Below the pieces are notes generated by a model that worked only from the letters and a program-made list of their open reading frames with translations, had not been told where the DNA came from and searched no databases. DNA of 37,852 nt from Hyphomicrobiales bacterium (GTDB lineage: Bacteria > Pseudomonadota > Alphaproteobacteria > Rhizobiales > JAJFHR01): NCBI GenBank assembly GCA_021775515.1, contig JAJFHR010000411.1, positions 1-37,852 of the forward strand. Direction: 5' to 3'. Each line of letters begins with the position of its first letter. Position 1 is the stretch's first letter. A program made the position numbers and the translations under genes. Shown one piece after another: positions 9,638 through 18,937 of this stretch.

Positions 9638-10132
9638 CTAGTTTGTTTTCTTTTCAGCTTTTTTCTTGCTCGAAGATTTTTTTGAGCTGGATTTTTTTGA
9701 GTTTGATTTCTTGGTGTCAGTCTTTTTGGACTTTGACTTTTTCTTTTCAGTCTTTTTAGCCTTAGACTTTTTGGGTTCGGTGTTCTTTTTGGTTGCAGAT
9801 TTTTTGTTTTGCGACTTTTTTGCGGTTGTTTTTTTGGTTGTTGCCTTTTTAGTTGCAGGCTTTTTAACCGCAGATTTTTTAGCCTTGGGTTTGGTTGTTG
9901 ATGACTTTTTTGCCTTTTTTGAATTTTTGCCAGCCGAGCGGCAATATGAACTGACCTTGACCTTGTTTTTTGTCACGTAACCCGACACCCACGTACAATC
10001 AGTTCTGCGTTCACATGCCGATTTCGTTACGGAATTGCAGTCAGACGCCGCCTGAACTGCTGTCGTTGAAAAAGATAAAGCGACCAACGCTGAGAAAACT
10101 CCGAGAACCAATCCCCTCATAAAAGCGCGCAT
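9638..10132 (-). CDS. Exported lysine-rich repeat protein (signal peptide + 4-Cys domain + polycationic tail)
   Basis: Signal peptide MRAFMRGLVLGVFSALVALSFSTTAVQA|AS. This is followed by C-x8-C-x5-C-x17-C, then a 97-residue tail with 43 Lys (my count), including six consecutive xxxKK pentapeptides. Confidence 0.7.
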   Translation of the reverse strand: MRAFMRGLVLGVFSALVALSFSTTAVQAASDCNSVTKSACERRTDCTWVSGYVTKNKVKVSSYCRSAGKNSKKAKKSSTTKPKAKKSAVKKPATKKATTKKTTAKKSQNKKSATKKNTEPKKSKAKKTEKKKSKSKKTDTKKSNSKKSSSKKSSSKKKAEKKTN

Positions 10133-10324
10133 ATTAGTCTCCCTTAGTGCTGTTACATGCCTAACTTAACCGCGACCAATTTTTCAGCAATTCGCCGATC
10201 AGCCCCATAAGCAAAAAACATCACGACTTCGATATGGATGCAATCCTTTTTATTGCGCGCGGGCGCAACATGCCTATAGTGCGCACAAATAATCCACCTT
10301 TCCAAGCTGTAGGAGTTTCGGCAG

Positions 10325-11551
10325 ATGGCTGAAGACAAAAGCGTGAAAAAAGTTGTGCTCGCCTATTCTGGCGGCCTTGATACATCGATTATCCTGAAAT
10401 GGCTTAAAACCACATATAATTGTGAGATTGTCACTTTCACCGCCGATCTTGGCCAAGGCGAAGAACTGGAGCCGGCCCGGAAAAAAGCCGAACTTCTTGG
10501 CATCAAAGAAATCTATATTGAAGATTTGCGCGAAGAATTCGTCCGTGACTACGTATTTCCCATGTTCCGGGCCAACGCCGTTTATGAAGGTGTAGATCTG
10601 TTGGGAACCTCTATTGCCCGGCCCTTAATCGCCAAACGCCAGATCGAAATAGCCCGCCAAACCGGCGCCGATGCCGTTTGTCACGGTGCGACGGGAAAGG
10701 GCAATGACCAGGTTCGTTTTGAATTATCTTATTATGCGCTAAATCCCGATATCAGGATTATCGCCCCCTGGCGCGAATGGGATCTTTCCAGCCGCGCCAA
10801 GCTGGTCGACTTTGCCGAACAACACCAAATACCCATTCCTAAGGACAAAAGGGGAGAGGCGCCATTTTCGGTTGATGCCAATCTTTTGCATACATCGTCC
10901 GAAGGCAAGGCATTGGAGGACCCTGATGCCGAAGCGCCCGAGTTCGTCTATCAACGCACTGTCTCGCCGGAAGATGCCCCCGACAAGCCGACCTATATTG
11001 ATATCGAATTTGAGAAGGGTGATCCGATTGCCATAAATGGAGACAAATTAAGTCCAGCGGCGATGTTGACCCGGTTAAACCAACTCGGCGGTGAAAATGG
11101 TATCGGTCGCCTCGACCTGGTCGAAAATAGATTTGTCGGGATGAAGTCGCGCGGAATTTATGAAACGCCGGGCGGCACGGTTCTGCTCAACGCTCATAGA
11201 GGCATCGAAAGCATTACTATTGATCGCGGTGCTGCTCATATGAAAGATGAGTTGATGCCGCGTTACGCCGAACTAATTTACAACGGCCTGTGGTTTTCTC
11301 CTGAGCGCGAGATGCTCCAGGCCGCTATCGATGTGGCTTCAGAGTATGTGACAGGAACCGTGAGACTAAAACTTTATAAAGGCTCTGCCACTGTCGTCGG
11401 GCGCTCATCTCCCTACTCTTTGTATGACGAGGATCTTGTCACCTTCGAAGAAGGCGAAACCTCATATGATCATCGTGATGCCGAAGGCTTCATCAAACTC
11501 AATGCGCTTCGTTTGCGCCTGTTAGCGACCCGCAAGAACAGACTATCGTAA
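10325..11551 (+). CDS. argG: Argininosuccinate synthase
   Basis: [15 protein letters not shown]-pyrophosphatase motif, [12 protein letters not shown]-like [14 protein letters not shown]; 408 aa. Confidence 0.97.
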   Translation: MAEDKSVKKVVLAYSGGLDTSIILKWLKTTYNCEIVTFTADLGQGEELEPARKKAELLGIKEIYIEDLREEFVRDYVFPMFRANAVYEGVDLLGTSIARPLIAKRQIEIARQTGADAVCHGATGKGNDQVRFELSYYALNPDIRIIAPWREWDLSSRAKLVDFAEQHQIPIPKDKRGEAPFSVDANLLHTSSEGKALEDPDAEAPEFVYQRTVSPEDAPDKPTYIDIEFEKGDPIAINGDKLSPAAMLTRLNQLGGENGIGRLDLVENRFVGMKSRGIYETPGGTVLLNAHRGIESITIDRGAAHMKDELMPRYAELIYNGLWFSPEREMLQAAIDVASEYVTGTVRLKLYKGSATVVGRSSPYSLYDEDLVTFEEGETSYDHRDAEGFIKLNALRLRLLATRKNRLS

Positions 11552-11590
11552 CTTGCATCTTCAGGTTTGCGCCAATAGACGCTAAGCAGA

Positions 11591-12508
11591 CTAGGAACTC
11601 AGAGATTTTGGCAGGTCAATATTTTTGGACGCGCATGCTGCCCGCACGGTGTTGAGAAGCAAGCAGGCTATTGTCATAGGGCCTACTCCACCGGGAACAG
11701 GCGTGATAGAGCCCGCCTTGTCGTGAGCTTCAGCAAAAGCTACATCACCCACCAAACGGGTTTTGCCGCCGTCGGCGTCAATCCGGTTGATGCCGACATC
11801 AATGACGCAAGCTCCAGGTTTGACCCAATCGCCCCGGATCATTTCAGGCCGGCCCACCGCAGCAATCAAAAGATCGGCGGTCCGGCACAAGCCGGGCAGG
11901 TCTTTGGTTCTCGAGTGAGCAATCGTCACCGTACAGTTTTCTTTCAACAACAACTGTGCAACCGGTTTGCCTACAATATTGGAACGGCCGACCACAACGG
12001 CGTGAACACCACTAAGATCACCTATCCGGTCTTTGGCAAGCATGACACAACCAACCGGCGTACAGGGAACCAGTGCCTCTTGACCCGTTGCCAGAAGACC
12101 GGCGTTAATGACATGGAAACCATCTACGTCCTTGGACGGATCAATTGTGCCGATGACTTTGTTGGCGTCAATTTGGTCTGGCAGTGGCAACTGCACAAGT
12201 ATGCCGTGGACCTGATCGTCTTCATTGAGGTTTTTGACAACGTTCAAAACTTCCTCCTCGCTCGCGGTGGCGGGAAGTTTATGTTCAAACGATGCCATAC
12301 CAACTTCAACAGTCTGCTTGGCTTTATTGCGCACATAGACCAGACTTGCCGGATCTTCACCGACCAATACGACAGCAAGGCCGGGGATCAAGCCATGTTT
12401 ATTTTTAAGCTCGCTCAGTGCCGCTGCGATCCTGACACGCAGGTTCGCCGCAAAAGCTTTTCCATCGATAATTTTTGGATCATCCGCCTGAACATTCATT
12501 TCAATCAA
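11591..12508 (-). CDS. folD: Bifunctional methylenetetrahydrofolate dehydrogenase/methenyl-THF cyclohydrolase
   Basis: GDDPAS-type [50 protein letters not shown]. The start may be ATG 12499 rather than 12508. Confidence 0.96.
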   Translation of the reverse strand: MIEMNVQADDPKIIDGKAFAANLRVRIAAALSELKNKHGLIPGLAVVLVGEDPASLVYVRNKAKQTVEVGMASFEHKLPATASEEEVLNVVKNLNEDDQVHGILVQLPLPDQIDANKVIGTIDPSKDVDGFHVINAGLLATGQEALVPCTPVGCVMLAKDRIGDLSGVHAVVVGRSNIVGKPVAQLLLKENCTVTIAHSRTKDLPGLCRTADLLIAAVGRPEMIRGDWVKPGACVIDVGINRIDADGGKTRLVGDVAFAEAHDKAGSITPVPGGVGPMTIACLLLNTVRAACASKNIDLPKSLSS

Positions 12509-12833
12509 TTACCTCCAAGGTACTCAGCCAGCTTTTAACTGTATTTATTTGCTCGTTCTCATCTGCAATATGCAGTTCTTTGTTCCTGTCTTTGGTGCCG
12601 GATATAAGACAAATTTTTGAGGGCGCCAGACCTGCCGATTTGGCAATCAATCGCAGTGCTGCTTTGTTGGCTTTTCCCTTTTCCGGCTGGGCTCTGACCT
12701 TTGCCTTGAGCACCCAATTTCCATTCGGCAAAAGAACAACACCATCAATCTTATCCAGTGAAGAAGTTGGCGTTAATCTAAGGCGTAAAACCAGCCCATT
12801 TTCTGCCTCACGATAAGGACTGTTTTTGCCCAT
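12501..12833 (-). CDS. yggU: DUF167/YggU family protein
   Basis: LRLRLTP.S..D.I.G and EKGKAN motifs; lies directly downstream of yggT as in many bacteria. Confidence 0.85.
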   Translation of the reverse strand: MGKNSPYREAENGLVLRLRLTPTSSLDKIDGVVLLPNGNWVLKAKVRAQPEKGKANKAALRLIAKSAGLAPSKICLISGTKDRNKELHIADENEQINTVKSWLSTLEVID

Positions 12834-12848
12834 AAAAACGCCTTCACT

Positions 12849-13139
12849 TTACCTGAAAAGAGGAGCGATATCGAGGAAGATAAAATTCTGCACAAAGAAC
12901 AAAATCAGCAGCAAAATGATCGGTGAAATATCGAGGCCGCCAAGGTTGGGTAAAAACCGCCGGATCGGCGCCAGCGCCGGCTCAGTTAAGCGATGCAGAA
13001 CATCATAGAGCATGTAGACAAATTTGTTTTGGGTGTTAACGACGTTAAACGCGATCAACCAACTTAGAACGGCAGAGCCGATGATTACATAAATATAAAG
13101 AGTTATCACCGTGTTCAATGTTATAAAAATCGCGTTCAT
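12849..13139 (-). CDS. yggT: YggT family membrane protein
   Basis: 96 aa, two hydrophobic spans, LTEPALAPIRRFLP..GGLD.SP signature. Confidence 0.88.
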   Translation of the reverse strand: MNAIFITLNTVITLYIYVIIGSAVLSWLIAFNVVNTQNKFVYMLYDVLHRLTEPALAPIRRFLPNLGGLDISPIILLLILFFVQNFIFLDIAPLFR

Positions 13140-13195
13140 TTTTTTGTCTCATATTTCGCTTGCTTCAATTACCCGACACATGTAGCGGTCCAGCT

Positions 13196-13239
13196 GTTGA
13201 TGTGCAAGCCCGGAAGCATGAACTCTTTTACAACAGCAA
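13196..13239. repeat. Core repeat copy A (GTTGATGTGCAAGCCCGGAAGCATGAACTCTTTTACAACAGCAA)
   Basis: 39/44 identical to 20264-20307 in direct orientation. Weaker homology continues only rightwards, to about 13952. Confidence 0.85.
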
Positions 13240-13463
13240 GTAGCTTCAAAAATCATGCTCTCCAATATCAAACCGTGTGGTAGTACGTGCTGTCATCAAA
13301 TTTCGAAAAAACTGCTACTGCAAGCCTTGGCACTTAAGAGCTGAGAAAATTTGTTCCAAGGTCATCCTGCTCGTTCGGGTTTGCCATACCTGTATTGCTG
13401 CCAGCAAAATAGAATTTTCAAAAAAGATTGTGTCCCAAGTCTTCGCCGGTTTGGTATTACCAC

Positions 13464-13952
13464 TCAATCTACCAGTAGTGGTTTGTTCACACGCTCGACG
13501 ATAAGAGCGGCCAAATATCGCATGTCAAGCACCACGGATGAAGAAATGAGGTTGTTGTGTTCCACTGCTTGTGATTGATAGGCTTCGGTCAAGTTTCCTG
13601 TTTCAAAATCCCGCAGGCGATCTTCAGTGTCAAAATAAAAACAGTGAAACTTCGGAGTGGGAGGCTCCACGGTATCGTTTTTATTATTTACATACCTCAT
13701 CCAATAATCAATCGCCAACGCGGCAATTCCCACTGCTGCTTTATTGGCCATCTCCGCCGCCACGCTTATGGGCACATGTTGTTCACTCAAAGCGTTTAAA
13801 GCCATAAAGAAGGCAAGGTCTGGAAGTGAATATTTGGTGTGGCCCTCTGTATTACGTGAGGCGAGGATTCCGCGGCGGCGCAAATCTCGCTGCTTAACCG
13901 CCGAGACTGATGCAATTTTCTCAACCTCCCGGGGACTATAGGTCTGATGCAT
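13464..13952 (-). CDS. MerR/excisionase-like HTH protein with an uncharacterised C-terminal domain
   Basis: N-terminus YSPREVEKIASVSAVKQRDLRRRGIL...HTKYSLPDLAFFMAL fits the MerR-superfamily winged-HTH pattern (Y-[ST]-x-x-E-[VA]-x-x-x-x-[GS]-V-S-x-x-x-x-R-x-x-x-x-x-G-[LI]). The rest of the protein has no motif I recognise. Confidence 0.6.
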   Translation of the reverse strand: MHQTYSPREVEKIASVSAVKQRDLRRRGILASRNTEGHTKYSLPDLAFFMALNALSEQHVPISVAAEMANKAAVGIAALAIDYWMRYVNNKNDTVEPPTPKFHCFYFDTEDRLRDFETGNLTEAYQSQAVEHNNLISSSVVLDMRYLAALIVERVNKPLLVD

Positions 13953-16427
13953 TCTACCCCACTCTCTATTCTCACCTTATGTGGTGTATGCCACCTTTGT
14001 TTCTACGTGTCAACTCCCACGGTTGACCGATTGTGTTTTTAACCCGTTAAAATTAAACATTTTTTTCGATTTTGTGCCAATCTTCATTTTTCTTTACGAT
14101 CCCAGCTTTCACCAATTCTTGTATTTTTAATTTGGTAGTTCAGCTAATTTCCCCATTTCGTAGCACAGTTTATAGCTCTGAGAGGTTCCATGTCGAGCAT
14201 CACGTTTTTTACGTTTCAATTACCTTAAAGGTATTCAGCCCTGAACAGAAACTGTGAGTACCGACCTACTGCTTTAGATCGTTGGTTGAGAACGTGGCGC
14301 CACTCACATTTTCGAAATTTTGATGCAGAAATCTATGTGGTATTTGCCACTATGTCTTTTTTGTGGGATTGTGAGCGGGTTTTCTTCCGGTGCTACACAT
14401 TTTTCTAACCAGGGTTTGATCGGGTACCTTGACCTCGACACTGGTAGGACCTGTTTTATGAAGTAGTACCGCAAACTAGCATTTAGATTTCAATATTCAG
14501 CTGAAATTTAGGTCGAAAGAATCCGTTCCGTGGGAAGCCCCACCTTCTCTATTTCAAAGCACTACCGGTGCCATCCGCTCAATGTTCCAAAGTTGTTGGC
14601 TGGAATTTTTGAGCCTTGATGTTTAGAGTAACGAGTTCTGGAAATGGGGCGAAACTTCATAATGAAAAACAGTCAGATCAGCGAACGTGCAAGTCTCTTT
14701 GTAATGGACAGGTTCGATGGTTCCGCTGCGATCCGCTTGTGTTGGTTCACACCAGTGGACGTTTTTACGGAACAAGTCGCCTGTGGATTTAAGGCGCGCA
14801 CCCTCTCACAGAAAGAAGTTAAAGCGAGTAATATATGTCGATGAAATTTTTGAAATATACCTTATCGCTAGAGTTTCAACATGAAAAATTACAGGTAATC
14901 CAGACCCAGTGTCATTCCTACCACGATGTTCCTGATTGATCCTTTAATCGACTTTCCTTTCTCGTTGTTGCACATAGATTTCGTCTGTCACCATCATGGC
15001 AGGCCTTTTGTCAACCTGACATGCACAATTATAATCTCCTGCTAGCAGCAGAAAAACCGGAGGCGGCTTTTGTCAAAATTCCTCTCCGTCAATTTTTGGG
15101 CGCGAATGTTTGGATTCTACTGAGTGATTTTTTCCCTCGAAACGCAATCAATCGCAGGCTTTGTCTGGGTCGACTGCCGATTTGTTTTGCTTGGGACACC
15201 GATGTTGGAAGCGATCGGTTCAGCAATTTGGCATGGTTGTTTTTTCATCCTTTTTTGGTCAGAGGAAAAACTTTTAACTCGGCGATCCATGCGGTGTTTT
15301 TTTATAGAATAATAAGGGTCCAAATTGACTTTCAAAATTTTCCTCAAAACTCGGAATCAAACTCCCTGCATTAGCGCTAATTTTGCCATACATTTTTTGC
15401 ACAATTTGATCTTGAAACCGGATTCCAAATTTCGCCCTGATGCAGGGTTCAACGATCACTAAGAGCTGACTTGCTTATTCGTTTTTTGTCTTGCCCGTTG
15501 CTATTTTCATTTCGTCATTGCCACAGATCCGATGCCGTGGTGAAGCAGGTAATCTTGAAGTCGAACTTTCTTAATTTGTCACTTTGTGTTTTTCCAATCT
15601 GGAAGTTGCCCCAGGTTTTAATTTAGATGCCGGGCTGTAAACCATTTTGGTTTTTCTCGATCAATTCTAACTGCAAATTTTTCAGAGTGCGGACTGGTGC
15701 GTATGGTTTGTTTTTTGGAGCGGGAGGTGTTGGGGAAAACTGTTCGAAGGTGAACCGCGATCCAACCTCTTCTGGTGCGGGGGTTTTGATAGTCGGAAAT
15801 TTTTCAATTTCGAACGCTGATATTTTTTAAGCTCAGTATACAGTCGTTTTTATCTTTTATTGTTTTAACATTCGAAAAGTTAACCCTCCCTGAAATACGT
15901 CTCGGGTTTGCTTTGGGTCTCGGGATTTGGCAGTTTCTAAACGCTCTGCACGTGCAAAAGAAATCCGTATACTGTCTCTTTACCGCCGGAAAAACTTTAC
16001 TTTCTATTCCTGAATTTTTATATAAAATATATAAAAACTGCGCGTCGTTTTTCAAGAAATTGCCTTCTTGAACCGCCTTGAATTTTTTCACCTACACGGA
16101 TTGGCGAAATGTGCATGTCTCAGAGGAGTTTTTCGAATCAATGTATGGATAATGCGTTTTTTAAGTGGTTTGGCACTGTATGGGCGTTATTCTCGCTCGT
16201 TTTTGTCCAATTCGTCCGAAAAACGCTCGGATTGTTTAACTTTTGTGGTTATTGCCAACACAGGTTTTGGAGACGTTGGGCAAATTCTATCATGCGAATT
16301 TTGATCAAGTCGAACCTTGATGATCGATTTTTCAGTCAACTTATTGGGTTTCAACCAGTTTTTTGTCGTTACAATTGCGCGCTCTGGTGTTTGTTAATAT
16401 GTATACTGATTTTTATCGCACAGCGGA

Positions 16428-16742
16428 TCATTTGAACTGATCTATGAGATAACCTTCAATCTCATTTGCTATCTTCAAAACTCTGGCGGATGCCTTGTAT
16501 GAAAATTCAGCCAGTTTTAAATCAATCAAGCCCGAGGTCAGGTCATCGGTGGAAATCGATCCCGCAGCGACAGGTCGCCCGCTGTTCCCTCTGTCACCAC
16601 CTCCCTCAATGCCCGGTTGAGGTGGCGCGACCTTTTCGCTTAGTTTCGGATCACCTGATTTTGTGATCACTGCAGCAGCATCGTTTAGACGCTGTGATGC
16701 AGATTGCAATCCGCTCAAAGATATCGATATCGCGGTGGTCAT
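16428..16742 (-). CDS. Small flagellar-rod-family-like protein (rod N-terminal and C-terminal motifs joined by a Gly/Pro linker)
   Basis: N-terminus ISLSGLQSASQRLNDAAAVI matches SGL.A...RL.....NIAN of FlgB/FlgC/FlgG. C-terminus DLTSGLIDLKLAEFSYKASARVLKIANEIEGYLID matches the ..MV.LI.AQRAYEANAKVI.TADEM...LL rod C-terminal motif. GAGAG lies upstream of the ATG. Confidence 0.55.
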   Translation of the reverse strand: MTTAISISLSGLQSASQRLNDAAAVITKSGDPKLSEKVAPPQPGIEGGGDRGNSGRPVAAGSISTDDLTSGLIDLKLAEFSYKASARVLKIANEIEGYLIDQFK

Positions 16743-16919
16743 TCTCTCAACTTACCGGCCTTGCCTTAAATCTGGGTAAACCTGATCCGCAAATTTCTAT
16801 TAAATTGATAATTAGAAGGTTGGGAAAATTGCCTATGTTGGCTGTTGCTGCAACTTCAATCATGGAAGTCTGGTGGTTGATGTGCGGAAATTTTATCGTG
16901 CAAAAAATTATGTGGCTGC

Positions 16920-17633
16920 CTACTTGCTTGCGGTGTTTTTTCCAGACAGCCAAAAATCCAAAAATTCATGAAGCCAATTTTTCAGCGGTTGATCATAATG
17001 CGATCGCCCGCTGAAATGTTGGGACCGGTTCTGAGCGCCCTCAAGCTGAAAGCGCGCTGCACCCTTCACAGTCCACCGGTGCATCATTGCTAGGTTCACC
17101 TCAGGATGAAACTGAAGTCCATAGGCATTGGCTCCATATGAAAATGCCTGGTTTTCATAAATCTGCCCGGTCGCAAGAAGTTCTGCTCCGCGCGGCAAAT
17201 CAAAACCCTCCCGATGCCATTGATAGACATGGCTGGGCCAGGTGAACAAATTGCGTCCGCCGTTTGTCGGCTCGATGGGATAATATCCTACTTCAACCAT
17301 TTTTGCCGAATGAGCTTCCACCTCCCCGCCCAGATGTTTGACTAACATTTGCGCTCCAAGGCAGACACCCAGTAAAGGGCTGTCCTCCTTAAGGGGAACT
17401 TCCATCCAGTCAATTTCGCGTTTTACATAATCATCTGGATCATTGGCACTCATTGGCCCGCCGAAAATAACAGCCCCCGAATGGCGTGACATGTTTTTGG
17501 GCAATTCATCGCCAAAACGCGGTTTGCGAATGTCGAGAGGAAAGCCCATTTCTTTTAGTCGAACACCGATGCGTCCAGAGCTGGAGGCCTCTTGGTGTAG
17601 AATGATTAGAATAGGTTTTTCAGTATCGCTCAC
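16920..17633 (-). CDS. Class I glutamine amidotransferase (GMP-synthase-like GATase1 domain protein)
   Basis: GVCLGAQ nucleophile-elbow Cys and the LQFHPE His region; 237 aa. 4-nt overlap with the upstream SDR gene. Confidence 0.85.
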   Translation of the reverse strand: MSDTEKPILIILHQEASSSGRIGVRLKEMGFPLDIRKPRFGDELPKNMSRHSGAVIFGGPMSANDPDDYVKREIDWMEVPLKEDSPLLGVCLGAQMLVKHLGGEVEAHSAKMVEVGYYPIEPTNGGRNLFTWPSHVYQWHREGFDLPRGAELLATGQIYENQAFSYGANAYGLQFHPEVNLAMMHRWTVKGAARFQLEGAQNRSQHFSGRSHYDQPLKNWLHEFLDFWLSGKNTASK

Positions 17634-18448
17634 GGAATTTCAATTTTACGGCGTTTGTCGGGTTTATTGAATCTCGATACACCGTAAGCAAGCAACTTAT
17701 TAGGAATGAAATGGGATACCATCACGAAAAATCGGTTTAGGCTGCCTGTGACAACCACGGTGCGGCCCCTCTTATATCCGGAATATCCGATTTTGGCGAC
17801 ATCTTTTGCTTGCATGGCTCCACTAGCCTTCGACATTCCGGAGCGCTTTAATCCTGCTCTTTTGTGAAATCCAGTCGCTGTTGATCCTGGGCAGATTACA
17901 CAAATTTTTATGTTGCTGTCTTTCAGTTCATGTGCAAGTGCATGCGTAAACGACTGAACATAGGCTTTTGTCGCGTAATAAACAGCAAAATAAGGCCCAG
18001 GAAAAAACCCGGCAACCGAGCCGACATTAATAATTCCACCCTGACCTTTAGCCCTTAACTGAGGCAGGAACCGCAAGATAAGTTCCGTCAAAACAGAAAT
18101 ATTGAGATTTATCGAGCCGAGTTGCCCGACTACATCACTATCAGCAGCGGGGCTGGCAAGGCCATATCCCGCATTATTTACAATCAATTCTGGATGAATA
18201 TGGGCTTTTTCTAAAGATTTGAAAAGCTTTTCCACCTGTGAGGGCAGGGTTAAATCGAGCGCCATGATTTCAGATTCGGTACCGTATTGACCATCTAATT
18301 CATCGGCTACCTTTTCTAAATCGCCATCGTTTCTGGCAACTAATACAAGATTGTACCCATCTGCGGCAATTTCCCTTGCCAGCTCCGCGCCAATGCCACC
18401 CGACGCTCCTGTAATTAGCGCCACCGGCCGATTTTTCCCGTAGCTCAT
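17630..18448 (-). CDS. Short-chain dehydrogenase/reductase
   Basis: ITGASGGIG, NNAG, YYATKAY catalytic motif. Confidence 0.9.
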   Translation of the reverse strand: MSYGKNRPVALITGASGGIGAELAREIAADGYNLVLVARNDGDLEKVADELDGQYGTESEIMALDLTLPSQVEKLFKSLEKAHIHPELIVNNAGYGLASPAADSDVVGQLGSINLNISVLTELILRFLPQLRAKGQGGIINVGSVAGFFPGPYFAVYYATKAYVQSFTHALAHELKDSNIKICVICPGSTATGFHKRAGLKRSGMSKASGAMQAKDVAKIGYSGYKRGRTVVVTGSLNRFFVMVSHFIPNKLLAYGVSRFNKPDKRRKIEIP

Positions 18449-18478
18449 TTATTGGTCCAAATATTTGATCTTGCTGAA

Positions 18479-18937
18479 TTAATCTTGCTGATTTTCCATC
18501 ACCTTCTTCTTGAGTTTAACCCGGTCTCTAGTTGAGACACCGATCAACTCAGCGACTCGCCACACCAGATTGGCCTCATAATCGTCAATTTTTCCATCAG
18601 CCAGGATAACCTCCCAGATTAGTTCGATAATGCCAATTCTTCCGCCCTGATCCAAATGCTCCGTCACGACCTTGGTGTATCGATACAAATCCACAGCCTT
18701 GCGCTCATCCGCCTGCGCTTCCGTTACCAGACGATTAAGTTCAATATTCGAAAGGTCGAAATGGTTTTGAAGTATCGTTCTCAGTTTTTCACTTTCTATT
18801 TCGGATGCGTTTCCATCTACCAATCCTGCATGAATCAGGAGAGCAGCAGTCGCCAGGCGAAGTTCGTCTAACGCTTCGGTTTCCTGACCTATTGGTTCCT
18901 TATCGAGATTAAATATGGACGCTATTTTTTTCCACAT
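18479..18937 (-). CDS. TerB-family (tellurite-resistance-like) protein
   Basis: AVDLYRYTKVV..H.....R...IELIWEV..ADG..DDYEANLVWRVAELIGVS matches the TerB-family consensus from memory. Confidence 0.82.
   Translation of the reverse strand: MWKKIASIFNLDKEPIGQETEALDELRLATAALLIHAGLVDGNASEIESEKLRTILQNHFDLSNIELNRLVTEAQADERKAVDLYRYTKVVTEHLDQGGRIGIIELIWEVILADGKIDDYEANLVWRVAELIGVSTRDRVKLKKKVMENQQD

Noticed and set aside
9666-9980. 104-aa Phe/Leu-rich + strand ORF and the periodic T-runs around it, which at first glance look like a repeat array
   Set aside because: It is the antisense image of the AAR (Lys) codon tract of the minus-strand lysine-rich gene. There is no repeat-spacer organisation, so it is not a CRISPR array.
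11723-12538. 271-aa ORF on the + strand, one of the longest in the track
   Set aside because: It lies entirely antisense to folD, whose identity is unambiguous. Its sequence is low-complexity and has no motifs, so it is a shadow ORF.
13196-13239. Sigma-54 (-24/-12) or ECF-type promoter inside the repeat core (CCGGGCTTGCA on the minus strand; GGAAGC/TGAAC on the plus strand)
   Set aside because: There is no GG dinucleotide at the required 10-11 nt upstream of the TTGC. The GAAC-to-TCAAA spacing is about 21 nt rather than about 16 nt. Only a weak TTGCAC-N17-TACATG sigma70-like match for yggT remains, and its -10 is not conserved in copy B.
13140-13260. tRNA, tmRNA or dif (XerCD) site as the integration target of the repeat core
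   Set aside because: No cloverleaf or T-arm (GGTTCGAATCC-like) sequence is present, and nothing resembles the AT-rich dif palindrome (..CGCATAATGTATATTATGT..). A GCTGTTG/CAACAGC stem in copy A is not preserved in copy B.
14644-14844. 66-aa + strand ORF in the ORF desert, also open on the antisense strand
   Set aside because: It has no convincing RBS and no recognisable motif, and both strands are open over the same stretch. The evidence is too weak to call a gene.
15380-15826. Possibility of programmed stop-codon readthrough or recoding in the frame with three in-frame stops
   Set aside because: The stops are a mix of TAA and TGA with no SECIS-like context that I can see. There is no start codon or RBS. 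Neighbouring fragments switch frame, and all other genes in the window use the standard code. Decay is the simpler explanation.
16743-16790. FliA (sigma-28) promoter upstream of the rod-like gene (GCCGGTAA resembles the -10 GCCGATAA)
   Set aside because: The element ends only about 12 nt from the ATG, and no TAAA -35 lies at the required 15-nt spacing.
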